63,723 bases of DNA from Gemmatimonas sp. Lineage in GTDB: Bacteria; Krumholzibacteriota; Krumholzibacteriia; LZORAL124-64-63. The stretch spans positions 1-63,723 of the forward strand of contig PNOJ01000002.1 of NCBI GenBank assembly GCA_013824755.1. The letters run 5' to 3'. Positions 45,482-55,189 of the stretch are shown here, in pieces. Under the pieces are notes generated by a model. The model searched no databases. It worked only from the letters and a program-made list of their open reading frames with translations, and was not told where the DNA came from. The position numbers were made by a program, and so were the translations under genes. Within the stretch, counting starts at the first letter, position 1, and the number at the start of each line of letters is the position of its first letter.

Positions 45482-46666
45482 GTGACGACCCGCCCGGCCG
45501 CCAAGTCCCCGCACATCCTGTTGTCCTGCGGCGAAGCGAGCGGCGACCGCTACGGCGCCTCGCTGCTGACGACCCTGCGCGGGCGGCTGCCGGAAGCGCG
45601 CTTCTCGGCCCTCGGGGGCGACGCGCTGCGCGCGGCCGGGGCCGAGATCGTGCAGCCGTCCGACCGCCTGTCGGTGATGGGCCTGGGCGAGGTGCTCGGG
45701 GCGTTGCCGGACCTGCTGGCGGCCCGCCGGCGGCTGCGGGCCCTGCTTTCCGGCGGCGGCGTGGACCTCTTCCTGCCCGTCGACTACCCCGGCTTCAACC
45801 TCGGGATGGCCCGGCACGCCCGCGGCGCCGGCGTGCCCGTCTTCTACCTGATCGCCCCGCAGCTCTGGGCCTGGGGCGCCTGGCGGGCCGGCGGCGTGCG
45901 CCGCGCGGTGGACCGCCTGGGCGTCGTGCTGCCCTTCGAGGAGCGGTATTTCCGGGCCCGCGGCATCCCTGCCGTCTCCCTCGGGCACCCCCTGGTCGAA
46001 GACCACCCCAAGTCGGAGGTCGACCGCACGCGCCGCCGGCGCGAGGAACGGCTGCTCGATCCCGCGGCGCCGCTGACGATCGGGTTGCTGCCCGGCAGCC
46101 GCGCCCAGGAGGTGCGCGCGCTGCTGCCGGTGCTGCGGGAGGCCTTCGTCCGCCTGCGGGCGGACTCGCCGGGACGCGTGCTGCGGGGCGTCGTCAGCCG
46201 CGCTCCCGGGGCGCCCGTGCCGGACGACCCCGGCGACGGCCTGCGCGTCAGCGGGGAACCGCTGGCCAACCTGACGCGGGACCTCGACCTGGCGCTGGTC
46301 TGCAGCGGCACGGCCTCGCTCGAGGTCGCCCTGGCCGGCGTGCCGCACGCCCTGGTCTACCGCACCTCCCCGCTGACCTACGCCCTGGCCCGTCGCCTAG
46401 TGGGCCTGGACTGGATCGGGTTGGCCAACCTGGTGCTGGAGCGCCCCGCGGAGCGCCCCCTGGTGCGCGAGTTCGTCCAGGACGCGGCGCGGCCCGCGGC
46501 CCTGGCCGCCGACCTCGGGGACTGGCTGGCGTCGGGAGCGCGGCGGGCGCACTTCGCCTCCGGCGTGGACGAGCTGCGCGAGCGCCTCGGCGGCGCGGGC
46601 GTCTGGGAGCGCGCCGCCGACGAGGCCGTGTCCCTGCTGCGCGAGCGGACCGGAGACGGGCGATGA
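45482..46666 (+). CDS. lpxB: lipid-A-disaccharide synthase
   Basis: GTG 45482 within ORF 43430..46666. Motifs: SCGEASGDRYGA, VDYPGFNL, APQLWAW, SGTASLE. Confidence 0.9.
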   Translation: MTTRPAAKSPHILLSCGEASGDRYGASLLTTLRGRLPEARFSALGGDALRAAGAEIVQPSDRLSVMGLGEVLGALPDLLAARRRLRALLSGGGVDLFLPVDYPGFNLGMARHARGAGVPVFYLIAPQLWAWGAWRAGGVRRAVDRLGVVLPFEERYFRARGIPAVSLGHPLVEDHPKSEVDRTRRRREERLLDPAAPLTIGLLPGSRAQEVRALLPVLREAFVRLRADSPGRVLRGVVSRAPGAPVPDDPGDGLRVSGEPLANLTRDLDLALVCSGTASLEVALAGVPHALVYRTSPLTYALARRLVGLDWIGLANLVLERPAERPLVREFVQDAARPAALAADLGDWLASGARRAHFASGVDELRERLGGAGVWERAADEAVSLLRERTGDGR

Positions 46667-47277
46667 ACGCCGGCGCCTCCCAGTTCCTGAAGCTCGCGCT
46701 GGCGCGCCCAGCCTGGCGCCTGCTGGCGACCACCGTGCGATGCGCCCCCGCCGCGGGGACGTCGCGGCGAGGGGCGGTCATCTTCGCCAGCCTCCACCGC
46801 GACATGATCCCCGCCGCGCTGCACGTGCGGCCGGCGCGGGCTTCGCTGCTGGTCAGCCAGAGCCGCGACGGCGACATCCTGATCCGCACGCTCGGGCCCG
46901 ACGGCTTCGGATTCGTGAGGGGTTCGACCGGCAGGGACGGCGCCGACGCCCTGCGTTCCCTGCTGGAGGTCCTGCGCCGCGGCGGCGCCGTCGGCCTGGC
47001 CGTGGACGGCCCGCGCGGACCGTTCGGGACCGTGCACGAGGGCGCGGTCCTGCTGGCCCGCCTGTCGGGTGCGCCGGTCGTGCCGCTGCGCGCCCGTCCG
47101 GGGCGCCACCTGTCGTTGCGGACCTGGGACCGGACGATCGTCCCGCTGCCCTGGGCGACGGTGGCGATCGAGGAAGGCGCGGACGTGCTCGTCCCGCGCG
47201 AGGCGGACGCCGCGGCGTGCGCGGCGGCCGCCTCGTTGCTGGGGACCTGGCTGAGGGGCGACGGGAGCGGCTCATGA
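46663..47277 (+). CDS. DUF374-domain protein (lysophospholipid-acyltransferase-like, lipid A/Kdo cluster-associated)
   Basis: ATGA overlap. Motifs: LHRDMIP, LVSQSRDGDILIRTLGPDGFGFVRGSTGRDG, VDGPRGP. Confidence 0.8.
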   Translation: MNAGASQFLKLALARPAWRLLATTVRCAPAAGTSRRGAVIFASLHRDMIPAALHVRPARASLLVSQSRDGDILIRTLGPDGFGFVRGSTGRDGADALRSLLEVLRRGGAVGLAVDGPRGPFGTVHEGAVLLARLSGAPVVPLRARPGRHLSLRTWDRTIVPLPWATVAIEEGADVLVPREADAAACAAAASLLGTWLRGDGSGS

Positions 47278-48359
47278 CGACCGGCGCCGGGCACGACGAG
47301 GCGGTCCTGGATCTGCGCGGCGGGGCGAGGGGACGCGTCGAGGACGCCTGGCGGCGCTGGGAGACCCGGTTGCCGCGGCTCGCGGCCTGGATCGAGCCCT
47401 GCTCCGAGGCCTGCGGCGACGCCGAACTGCGGCGACGCCTGTCGTCGCGCGGCGTGCCGGACGCACGGCCCTTCCTCGTCTCGGTGGGCAACCTCGTCGC
47501 CGGCGGCACCGGCAAGACGCCGGTGGTGCTGGACCTCGCCCGGCGGCTCTCCGCCGCGGGGCTGCACGCGGCCGTGCTGACCCGCGGCTACGGGAGCCGC
47601 GCCGCGGGCCCCCGGCGCGTGCGGCCCGACGATCCGGACTGCGGCGACGAGGCGCGCCTGCTGGCGGCCGCCTTGCCCGAAGTGCCCGTCGTCCAGGCGC
47701 GCCGGCGGCGGCCGGGCCTCGCCTGGCTGTTGCGCGAGGCCCCCGGCTGCGGCATCGTGCTGCTCGAAGACGCGCACCAGTCCGCCGGCCTGCCCCGGCA
47801 CCTCGACGTGCTGATCCTGGACCGCTGGGAGCGGCGCGCGGGCATCGTGGTCCCGACACCGGTGCGACGCCTGCCGTGGGGGCCGGGTCGCGAGGACGTC
47901 TCGGGCGCGGCGCGCGCCCGGCTCTGGCTCGTGGAAGCGGACACGGGAGCGGACGGGCCGCTGCGCGGCCCCGCGGGCGTCGTCGTGCTGGGCTTCGCGC
48001 GGCGCGAGGTGTGGGCCGACGGCGCGTCGCCCGCGCCCGGTGCGCCCTGCGCCGTGGTGTCGGGCATCGCGCGCCCGGAGCGGTTCGAGGCGGCCTGCGG
48101 CCGGCTGTGCGGCGCGCCGCCGGTGCTGTCGGTGCGCTGCGCCGACCACGCGCGCTACGACCCGCGACGGGTCGCGCAACTGCTGGCCGAGGGAACGCGG
48201 CGCGGCGCGGCCTGCTGGCTGACCACGGCCAAGGATCGTGTTAAATTGTCGGGAGTCTGGCCAGCCGACGCGCCGCCGTTGTACACCGTGGGCCTGGAAC
48301 TCGTGTGGCGGGGGCCCGACCCCGTCGAGCAGGTCGTCCTGCAGCTGCTGGAGGGATGA
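47274..48359 (+). CDS. lpxK: tetraacyldisaccharide 4'-kinase
   Basis: ATG 47274 (ATGA overlap). P-loop VGNLVAGGTGKTP; TRGYG; TTAKD. Confidence 0.85.
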   Translation: MTTGAGHDEAVLDLRGGARGRVEDAWRRWETRLPRLAAWIEPCSEACGDAELRRRLSSRGVPDARPFLVSVGNLVAGGTGKTPVVLDLARRLSAAGLHAAVLTRGYGSRAAGPRRVRPDDPDCGDEARLLAAALPEVPVVQARRRRPGLAWLLREAPGCGIVLLEDAHQSAGLPRHLDVLILDRWERRAGIVVPTPVRRLPWGPGREDVSGAARARLWLVEADTGADGPLRGPAGVVVLGFARREVWADGASPAPGAPCAVVSGIARPERFEAACGRLCGAPPVLSVRCADHARYDPRRVAQLLAEGTRRGAACWLTTAKDRVKLSGVWPADAPPLYTVGLELVWRGPDPVEQVVLQLLEG

Positions 48360-48360
48360 G

Positions 48361-50019
48361 ATGCAACCGACCGCACCGGTGACCAGCCGCTTCCTCGTGG
48401 CGGGGACCGGCATCGCCGGGCTGCAGTTCGCGCTGCTGGCCGCCGAGCACGGCGACGTGCGCATCGTGACCAAGAAGAACTCCTCCGAGAGCAACACGAA
48501 CTATGCGCAGGGCGGCATCGCGGCGGTGCTCTCGCCGCTGGACGATTTCGAGTCCCACGTGCGCGACACCCTGGTCGCCGGGGACGGCCTCTGCGACGAG
48601 GTCGTCGTGCGGGCCATGGTCGGGGCCGCGCCGCGCCTCATCGAACGCCTGCTGGCCTACGGCGTGCGCTTCACGCGGGAGGGCGAGCGGGAGGACGCCC
48701 CCTACGCGCTCACGCGCGAGGGCGGCCATTCGCAGCACCGCATCCTGCACGCCGCCGACCTCACGGGACGCGAGCTCGAGCGCCGCCTGCTCGAGGCTTG
48801 CCGCCGCCACCCCCGCATCGCCATGGACGAGGACCACCTCGGCCTGGACCTGATCCGCGACTCCGACCTGCGGCGGGGCGGCGACCCGCAGCGCGTCGTC
48901 GGTTGCTGGGTCCTGGACCGCGACACGCTGCAGCGGCGCGTCTACCTGGCGCCGGCCACGATCCTGGCCACGGGCGGCTGCGGGAAGGTCTACGCCTACA
49001 CCTCGAACCCGGACATCGCCACCGGCGACGGGCTGGCCATGGCCTACCGGGCCGGCGCCCTGCTGGCCAACCTGGAGTTCGTCCAGTTCCACCCGACCTG
49101 CCTCTACCACCCGCGCGCCAAGAGCTTCCTGATCTCCGAAGCGGTGCGCGGGGAGGGGGCGCACCTGATCAACGGCCGCGGCGAGCGCTTCATGGAGCGC
49201 TACGACCAGCGCCGCGAGCTCGCGCCCCGGGACATCGTCGCGCGGGCCATCGACCAGGAGATGAAGCGCACCGGCGATTCCTGCGTGTACCTGGACCTGC
49301 GGCACCTCGGGCGCGCGTTCGTCGAGCAGCGCTTCCCGAATCTCTCGTCCACCTGCGCCTCCTTCGGCATCGACATGGCGGGGGGGCCGGTGCCGGTCGT
49401 GCCGGCCGCCCACTACATGTGCGGCGGGGTCAAGGTGGACGGGCAGGGGCGCACCAGCCTGCCGGGCCTCTACGCGATCGGGGAGGTGGCCTGCACCGGC
49501 GTCCACGGGGCGAACCGCCTGGCCAGCAACTCCCTGCTCGAAGCGGTCTACTTCGCCGAAGCCGCCGCCGACGCGGCCGTCGCCGACGGGCTGACGGCCG
49601 GCGCTCCGCCCGCGGGCCTGCCCATCCAGGACGGATTCCCCTCGGCGATGTCCAGCGGTCCGGAGGCCGTGATCCTCGAGCACGACTGGAACTCGGTGCG
49701 CCGCGTCATGTGGGATTACGTGGGCATCGTGCGCTCGCGCGGCCGTCTGGACATCGCCCTGGACCGCGTGCGCGCCATCCGGGCCACCGTCGAAGGCATC
49801 TACGCCCGCTCGCTGGCGAACCCCGACCTGGTCGAACTGCGCAACATCGCCCTGGTCGCCGAACTGATCATCCTCTGCGCCCGCGAGCGCCGCGAGAGCC
49901 GCGGGCTGCACGAGACCCTGGACCATCCCGGCAAGGACCCGCAGGCGCCGCGCGAGACTCCCATCGGCCGCGGACGCGCCCTGGCCGCGAGCGAGCCGCC
50001 GCCGGCGGCCTCGCCATGA
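48361..50019 (+). CDS. nadB: L-aspartate oxidase
   Basis: ATG 48361. FAD motifs: VAGTGIAGL, YAQGGIAAV, RHPTC.., GEVACTGVHGANRLASNSLLE. Confidence 0.93.
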   Translation: MQPTAPVTSRFLVAGTGIAGLQFALLAAEHGDVRIVTKKNSSESNTNYAQGGIAAVLSPLDDFESHVRDTLVAGDGLCDEVVVRAMVGAAPRLIERLLAYGVRFTREGEREDAPYALTREGGHSQHRILHAADLTGRELERRLLEACRRHPRIAMDEDHLGLDLIRDSDLRRGGDPQRVVGCWVLDRDTLQRRVYLAPATILATGGCGKVYAYTSNPDIATGDGLAMAYRAGALLANLEFVQFHPTCLYHPRAKSFLISEAVRGEGAHLINGRGERFMERYDQRRELAPRDIVARAIDQEMKRTGDSCVYLDLRHLGRAFVEQRFPNLSSTCASFGIDMAGGPVPVVPAAHYMCGGVKVDGQGRTSLPGLYAIGEVACTGVHGANRLASNSLLEAVYFAEAAADAAVADGLTAGAPPAGLPIQDGFPSAMSSGPEAVILEHDWNSVRRVMWDYVGIVRSRGRLDIALDRVRAIRATVEGIYARSLANPDLVELRNIALVAELIILCARERRESRGLHETLDHPGKDPQAPRETPIGRGRALAASEPPPAASP

Positions 50020-50795
50020 ACTGGTACCGCACCGCCTTCGGCGCGCACTACCGCCACCTCTACGCCCACCGGGACGGGCACGAGGCCGCCGCCTGCGTCG
50101 CGGCGATCGCGCCCTGGCTGCCGTTGCGGCGGGGGCCGGTCGTCGACCTCGGCTGCGGAGCCGGTCGCCACCTGTCGCCGCTGGCGGCGCACGGGGCCTG
50201 GGGCCTGGCGCTCGACCTGTCGGCCGACCTGCTCGCCGACGCCGCCCGTGCCGCCGGCGCGCTCGCGCTGCCGCCGGTCCGCGCCGACATGCGCCGCCTG
50301 CCGCTGCGCGACGGGAGCTGCGCGGCCGTGCTCTCGCTGTTCACCTCCTTCGGCTACTTCGGGGACCTCGACGACCACGCGCCCCTGCTGCGGGAGATCT
50401 CCCGCGTGCTCGTTCCCGGCGGCCGCTGGTGCCTCGACCACCTGAACGCCTTCGCCGTGCGGCGGGAGCTGGCCGCCGGCGACGCCGTGAGGGAGCGGCG
50501 CCTCGGTTCCCAGCTCGTCCGCGAGCAGCGGCGGCTGGGCCCCGGTGGGCGGCGCGTGCTGAAGGACGTGCGCATCCGGCCACTCGGCGGCGCCGAGCGT
50601 TCGGCTGCGGACGGCGTGCCGCCGCAGGGCCTGGACTACACCGAGTCGGTCGCCCTGTTCGCGCCCGCGGAACTCGATGAACTGTGCCGCGGCGCGGGGT
50701 TGGTGCGCGTCGCCGCGTGCGGCGGCTACGACGGCCGCGATTTCGAGGCCGAGACGGCCGAGCGCTGGCTGCTGATCTACGAGCGGGAGGCCTGA
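50016..50795 (+). CDS. class I SAM-dependent methyltransferase
   Basis: ATG 50016 (ATGA overlap). Motif I VVDLGCGAGRH; LVPGGRW. Confidence 0.75.
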   Translation: MNWYRTAFGAHYRHLYAHRDGHEAAACVAAIAPWLPLRRGPVVDLGCGAGRHLSPLAAHGAWGLALDLSADLLADAARAAGALALPPVRADMRRLPLRDGSCAAVLSLFTSFGYFGDLDDHAPLLREISRVLVPGGRWCLDHLNAFAVRRELAAGDAVRERRLGSQLVREQRRLGPGGRRVLKDVRIRPLGGAERSAADGVPPQGLDYTESVALFAPAELDELCRGAGLVRVAACGGYDGRDFEAETAERWLLIYEREA

Positions 50796-50798
50796 GCC

Positions 50799-52346
50799 GT
50801 GACGACACCGCCGTTTCCCGCCGCCGCCGGCCCCGCGCTCGCCGACCTGCCGGACCTCAGCCCGCTGGCGCGGGCTTGGCTGCGGGGGGACGCCCCCTTC
50901 ACCGGCGCGACGGCCGAGTGGCGGCGCTTCCTCGGGGGACCGCCCACGGTCGCGGCCCCGGCCTGGCGCGACGACGCCTGGCGCAAGGGCTGGCTGGCGG
51001 AGTTGACGTCGGACCTGCCGGACGACCCCGCGCGCGCCGCCGCCGCTGCGGCCTTGTCGGCCCTGTCCGCCGGGGAGGCGGACGTCGTGGTCACGGGACA
51101 GCAGCCCGGTTTCCTGGGCGGTCCCCTGCTGACGCTCCACAAGGCCGCCGCCTGCGTCGCCGCGGCCCGGGCGCGCACCGCGGCCGGCCGCCCGACGATC
51201 CCGCTGTTCTGGTGCGGCGATGACGACGACGACCGGCGCGAGGCCTTCGCGCCGCGGCTGCACGACCCGCGCCGGGACGCGCTGCTCGGGGCGGCGCCGC
51301 CGCCGGGACCGGACGATCTCGTGATCGGCGCGGCGCCGGCGGACGTCTGGGCCGCCCCGGAGTCCGGCTGGTTGGCGGAACGCGCCCCCGGCGGCGGTCT
51401 CGGCGCCGACCTGGCCGCCCTCTGGGCCCGCGCCCGTCGCGAGGGCTGGACCTGGGGCCGCCTGCAGCGGCGCGCCCTGCTGCGGGTGTTCACCGGCAGC
51501 GGCTTGCTGGCGGTTTCGGGCGACGACGCCGGCTTGCACCGTGCCGCGTCACCCTTCTACGCGGAGCTGATCGCGCGTCGGCGTGAACTGGCGGCGCTCG
51601 CGTCGGCGCGCGGTGCGGAACTGGCGGCCCTGGGCTACCATGCCCAGATCGGCGGCGCCTCGCTGGACGCGCCCTTCCATCTGCGACGGGGCGGGAGCCG
51701 CGAGCGGGTGGTCGATCCCGTGACCCTGCTCGCGTCGCCCCAGGACCTGCGCCCTGGCGTGCTGCTGCGAACCCTGGTCCAGGACTGGTTCTTCCAGCCG
51801 GCCGGCATCGTGGCGGGCCCCGGCGAACTCGCCTACCTGGAGCAGCTGCGGCCGCTGCACGCGGCGCTGGGGATCGAGCAACCGGCGCTGCTGCCGCGCC
51901 TGTTCGCGCGTCTGAGCGACGACCCCGCGCGCGACGCGGCCGCCGCCGCGCCGTCCCTCGACGACGCGGACGGCGAGGCGGCTTCGGCCGCGATCGCCGC
52001 GGCCTTGGCCCGCACCCTCGCGGATCGCGCCGGCCTGCCGGACGACAGGGCCCGGGCGCTGGCCGAGCGTGCGGCCCGCGTCTGGCGCGACGAGGTGCGC
52101 TCGGCGTTCCGCGCGCGGCGGGAACCCGCGCCGGGGAGTCAGCCGGCGATGGCCCCGGCCTGGGCCGCCCCGGGCGGCGAGCGGCAGGAGCGCGCGCTGG
52201 CGCTGCACTGGGCCACGGCGCTCTGGGGGGATGCGTTGGCGCCGTCGGCGATCGCCGCGGCCGCCGCCCACTTCGCGAGCGGGGCCGCTGGCGACTGGCG
52301 CGACTGGTGGATCCGCGTGACCCCGCCGCTTCCGGCGGGATCGTGA
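50799..52346 (+). CDS. bshC: bacillithiol biosynthesis cysteine-adding enzyme BshC
   Basis: 515 aa. Signature VVTGQQPGFLGGPLLTLHKA; GPGELAYLEQL. Confidence 0.8.
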   Translation: MTTPPFPAAAGPALADLPDLSPLARAWLRGDAPFTGATAEWRRFLGGPPTVAAPAWRDDAWRKGWLAELTSDLPDDPARAAAAAALSALSAGEADVVVTGQQPGFLGGPLLTLHKAAACVAAARARTAAGRPTIPLFWCGDDDDDRREAFAPRLHDPRRDALLGAAPPPGPDDLVIGAAPADVWAAPESGWLAERAPGGGLGADLAALWARARREGWTWGRLQRRALLRVFTGSGLLAVSGDDAGLHRAASPFYAELIARRRELAALASARGAELAALGYHAQIGGASLDAPFHLRRGGSRERVVDPVTLLASPQDLRPGVLLRTLVQDWFFQPAGIVAGPGELAYLEQLRPLHAALGIEQPALLPRLFARLSDDPARDAAAAAPSLDDADGEAASAAIAAALARTLADRAGLPDDRARALAERAARVWRDEVRSAFRARREPAPGSQPAMAPAWAAPGGERQERALALHWATALWGDALAPSAIAAAAAHFASGAAGDWRDWWIRVTPPLPAGS

Positions 52347-52389
52347 ACGGTGAGGGGCACTCGAACCGGCAGGCGACCGAGGTGGGAAC

Positions 52390-53196
52390 ATGACCGACGA
52401 CCATCGCCTTGACGATCACCGCCGCGACGGCGCCGACGCGACCGCGGGCAGCGACCTGCTCTGCATCAGCCCGCACACCGACGACGCGGAGATCGCCTGC
52501 GGCGGCACGCTGGCCCGTTTCGCCGCCCAGGGCCGCCGGGTGTGGCTGCTCGACCTGACGCGCGGCGAACTCGGTTCCAACGGCACCCCCGACGAGCGCT
52601 GGGCGGAGGCGGCCCGGGCCTCCGCGGCGTTGGGCGTCGCCGGCCGGCTGCAGGCCGCGCTGCCCGACGGCTTCGTCTCGGCCGAGCGGCCCGAGCACGT
52701 GGCCGCGGTCGCCGCCGTCATCCGCAGCCTGCGCCCGCGCTGGCTGCTGGCGGCGCCGGTCCCGCGGCGCCACCCCGACCACCTGGCGATCCCGGCCCTG
52801 GTGCGCAAGGCGGCCTTCATGGCCCGGCTCGCCGCGTGGCCGGCGGCCCTGCCCGAACTGCGCGCCTGGCCCGCGACGGCCGCGATCCCGCCGCCGGCGC
52901 CGCTGTGGATCTGCGAGGCGGTGCTGACGGTCTGCGCGCCGGGCGAACGCCCGCAACTCTACGTGGACGTGACGGCGAGTTGGCCGGCCAAGCTGGCGGC
53001 CCTGCGCTGCTACGCGACCCAGCTGGAACGGGCCGAGGGCGCGCGGCCGACCGTCATCAACGAACCGGCTTTCCTGGAGCAGGTGGAGCGCTGGTCCCGC
53101 GCCTGGGGCTTCCAGGCGGGCGTCCCGCTGGCCGAGGCCTTCGCCACCGAACAGGCGCCGCTGCTGACAGACCTGCCCGCGGAGCGCTGGGTGTGA
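52390..53196 (+). CDS. bshB: N-acetylglucosaminyl-malate deacetylase BshB (PIG-L/LmbE family)
   Basis: PIG-L motif ISPHTDDAEIACGGTLA; HPDH. Followed directly by bshA. Confidence 0.8.
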   Translation: MTDDHRLDDHRRDGADATAGSDLLCISPHTDDAEIACGGTLARFAAQGRRVWLLDLTRGELGSNGTPDERWAEAARASAALGVAGRLQAALPDGFVSAERPEHVAAVAAVIRSLRPRWLLAAPVPRRHPDHLAIPALVRKAAFMARLAAWPAALPELRAWPATAAIPPPAPLWICEAVLTVCAPGERPQLYVDVTASWPAKLAALRCYATQLERAEGARPTVINEPAFLEQVERWSRAWGFQAGVPLAEAFATEQAPLLTDLPAERWV

Positions 53197-54320
53197 GCCG
53201 CCTGCCGGTCATCGGGATCACGTGCTACCCCACCCAGGGCGGCAGCGGGGTGGTGGCCAGCGAGCTGGGGCTGAACCTGGCCCGCCGCGGCTACGAGGTG
53301 CACTTCATCACCAGCGAGATGCCGCTGCGGTTGCGCCGCTACGAGGCCAACATCTACTTCCACCCGGTGGAGGCGGTCACCTACCCCGTCTTCCAGCACA
53401 CGCCCTACACGCTGGCGCTCGCCACCAAGATGAGCGAGGTGGCGCGTCGCCACAGTCTCGACCTGCTCCACGTCCACTACGCCATCCCGCACGCGGCGAG
53501 CGCGTACCTGGCCCGGGCGATGATCGGTCCGGACCGGCTGAAGATGATCACGACCCTGCACGGCACCGACATCACGCTCGTGGGCCAGGAGCCATCCTAC
53601 TTCGAGATGACGCGCTTCCTGATCGACGAGAGCGACGCGGTCACCGCCGTCAGCGGCTGGCTGCGCGACGAGACGGTCCGCGTCTTCGCGCCCCGCCGCG
53701 AAGTCGAGGTGATCCCCAACTTCGTGGACCCGCAGCGCTTCCGCCCCCGCGACGACGGGCCGCGCGCGCTGTTCGCGCCGCCGGACGAGAAGATCGTCGT
53801 CCACGCCTCGAACTTCCGGCCGGTGAAGAACGCGACCCACGTCGTGCGCGTGTTCGCGGAGATCTCGCGCCGGGTGCCGTCGCGGCTGCTGCTGGTGGGG
53901 GAGGGCCCCGAGCGCGCGAGGTGCGAGCAGCTGGCCGCCGAACTCGGCGTGGCCGACCGCGTCCGCTGCCTCGGCCAGGTCGAGAACCTCGAGGAGATCC
54001 TGGCGCTGTCCGACCTCTGCCTGCTGCCTTCGCGCCACGAGTCCTTCGGCCTGGTCGCCCTGGAGGCGATGGCCTGCGGCACCCCGGTCGTCGCCACCGA
54101 CCGCGGCGGCACCTCCGAGTTCATCGAGCGCGGCCAGACCGGCTTCCTCTGCGATCCCGACGACATCGCCGGCATGGCCGCCGCGTCCAGCGGGCTGCTG
54201 CTGGACCCGGACCTGCACCGGCAGATCCGCGACGACGGCCTGCGCGACGCCGTGTCCCGCTTCGGGACGCCCTGCATCCTGAAGCGTTACGTCGACCTCT
54301 ACGACCGTGTCCTGGGCTGA
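53193..54320 (+). CDS. bshA: N-acetyl-alpha-D-glucosaminyl L-malate synthase BshA (GT4)
   Basis: GTG 53193 (overlap). N-terminus IGITCYPTQGGSGVVASELGLNLARRGYEVHFITSEMP is characteristic of BshA. GT4 E-x7-E region: SRHESFGLVALEAMACGTPVV. Confidence 0.85.
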   Translation: MSRLPVIGITCYPTQGGSGVVASELGLNLARRGYEVHFITSEMPLRLRRYEANIYFHPVEAVTYPVFQHTPYTLALATKMSEVARRHSLDLLHVHYAIPHAASAYLARAMIGPDRLKMITTLHGTDITLVGQEPSYFEMTRFLIDESDAVTAVSGWLRDETVRVFAPRREVEVIPNFVDPQRFRPRDDGPRALFAPPDEKIVVHASNFRPVKNATHVVRVFAEISRRVPSRLLLVGEGPERARCEQLAAELGVADRVRCLGQVENLEEILALSDLCLLPSRHESFGLVALEAMACGTPVVATDRGGTSEFIERGQTGFLCDPDDIAGMAAASSGLLLDPDLHRQIRDDGLRDAVSRFGTPCILKRYVDLYDRVLG

Positions 54321-54366
54321 ACGGGAACCCGCCGGCGTCCCGGGGGGTACACCCCGGACTCCGCCC

Positions 54367-54394
54367 TTGAACCCCCGCGCCGTGGTGGTACATT
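54367..54394 (+). promoter_or_regulatory. candidate promoter for the tol-pal operon (TTGAAC-N16-TACATT)
   Basis: Hexamers at 54367-54372 and 54389-54394, in the 152-bp gap upstream of tolQ. RBS GAAGGAG at 54461-54467. Confidence 0.4.
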
Positions 54395-54472
54395 GGGCGA
54401 GGCCGCCCGGCGACAGCGCCGGACGTCCACCGGCGTCCGGAGCGTCGCCGGCCCACGGCAGAAGGAGCTGAC

Positions 54473-55189
54473 ATGACCCACGCGCCCTTCCTGGCGTCGC
54501 TCGGGGCGGCCGAGATCATCGATCTGCTGCGCAAGTCCTCGTTCCTGGGGATCCTGGACGTCGTGGTCCTGGTCCTGATGTCGGTCCTGTGCTGGGCCGT
54601 GATGTTCGACCGGGGCCGCCTGCTCGCGGCCGTGCGGCGCGGCCACGCCGAGTTCTGGGAGCAGTGCGACGCCTGGCTGCAGGGCCGCCTGGACCGCCGC
54701 GACCTGGACGCCTGGTGCCGCAGCCATCCCGACCTGCCGCTGGCCAACCTGTGGCGCGAGGCCGCCGCGCAGCCCACGAGCCAGGCCGTGCGGCGGGCTT
54801 CCGAGCGCGTCACCTACGCCGAGACCGAGAACCTGGAGCGCTACCTGATCATCCTGTCGACGACCGTCACCGTGGCGCCCTTCCTGGGGCTGCTGGGCAC
54901 GGTCTGGGGCCTGATGCAGGCGTTCTGGGAGATGTCGGCGATGCGCAGCGCCAACCTCACGGTCGTGGCGCCGGGCATCGCCGAGGCGCTGATCACGACC
55001 ATCGCCGGCCTGTCGGCCGCCGTGCCCGCCGTGGTGTTCTTCAACCTCTTCGTGCGCAAGATCGACCTGGTGGGCAACGAGATGGAGCGTCTGCGCTCGA
55101 TCATGGAGGACGCGGCGCCGTCGGCGGGGGAGGCGAGGCTCGGCCAGGTCCGACGTCCGGAGATGCACGAGAAGGAACAGATCCGATGA
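54473..55189 (+). CDS. tolQ: Tol-Pal system protein TolQ (MotA/ExbB family)
   Basis: 238 aa. Three TM helices. Motif APFLGLLGTVWGLMQAF. Confidence 0.88.
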   Translation: MTHAPFLASLGAAEIIDLLRKSSFLGILDVVVLVLMSVLCWAVMFDRGRLLAAVRRGHAEFWEQCDAWLQGRLDRRDLDAWCRSHPDLPLANLWREAAAQPTSQAVRRASERVTYAETENLERYLIILSTTVTVAPFLGLLGTVWGLMQAFWEMSAMRSANLTVVAPGIAEALITTIAGLSAAVPAVVFFNLFVRKIDLVGNEMERLRSIMEDAAPSAGEARLGQVRRPEMHEKEQIR

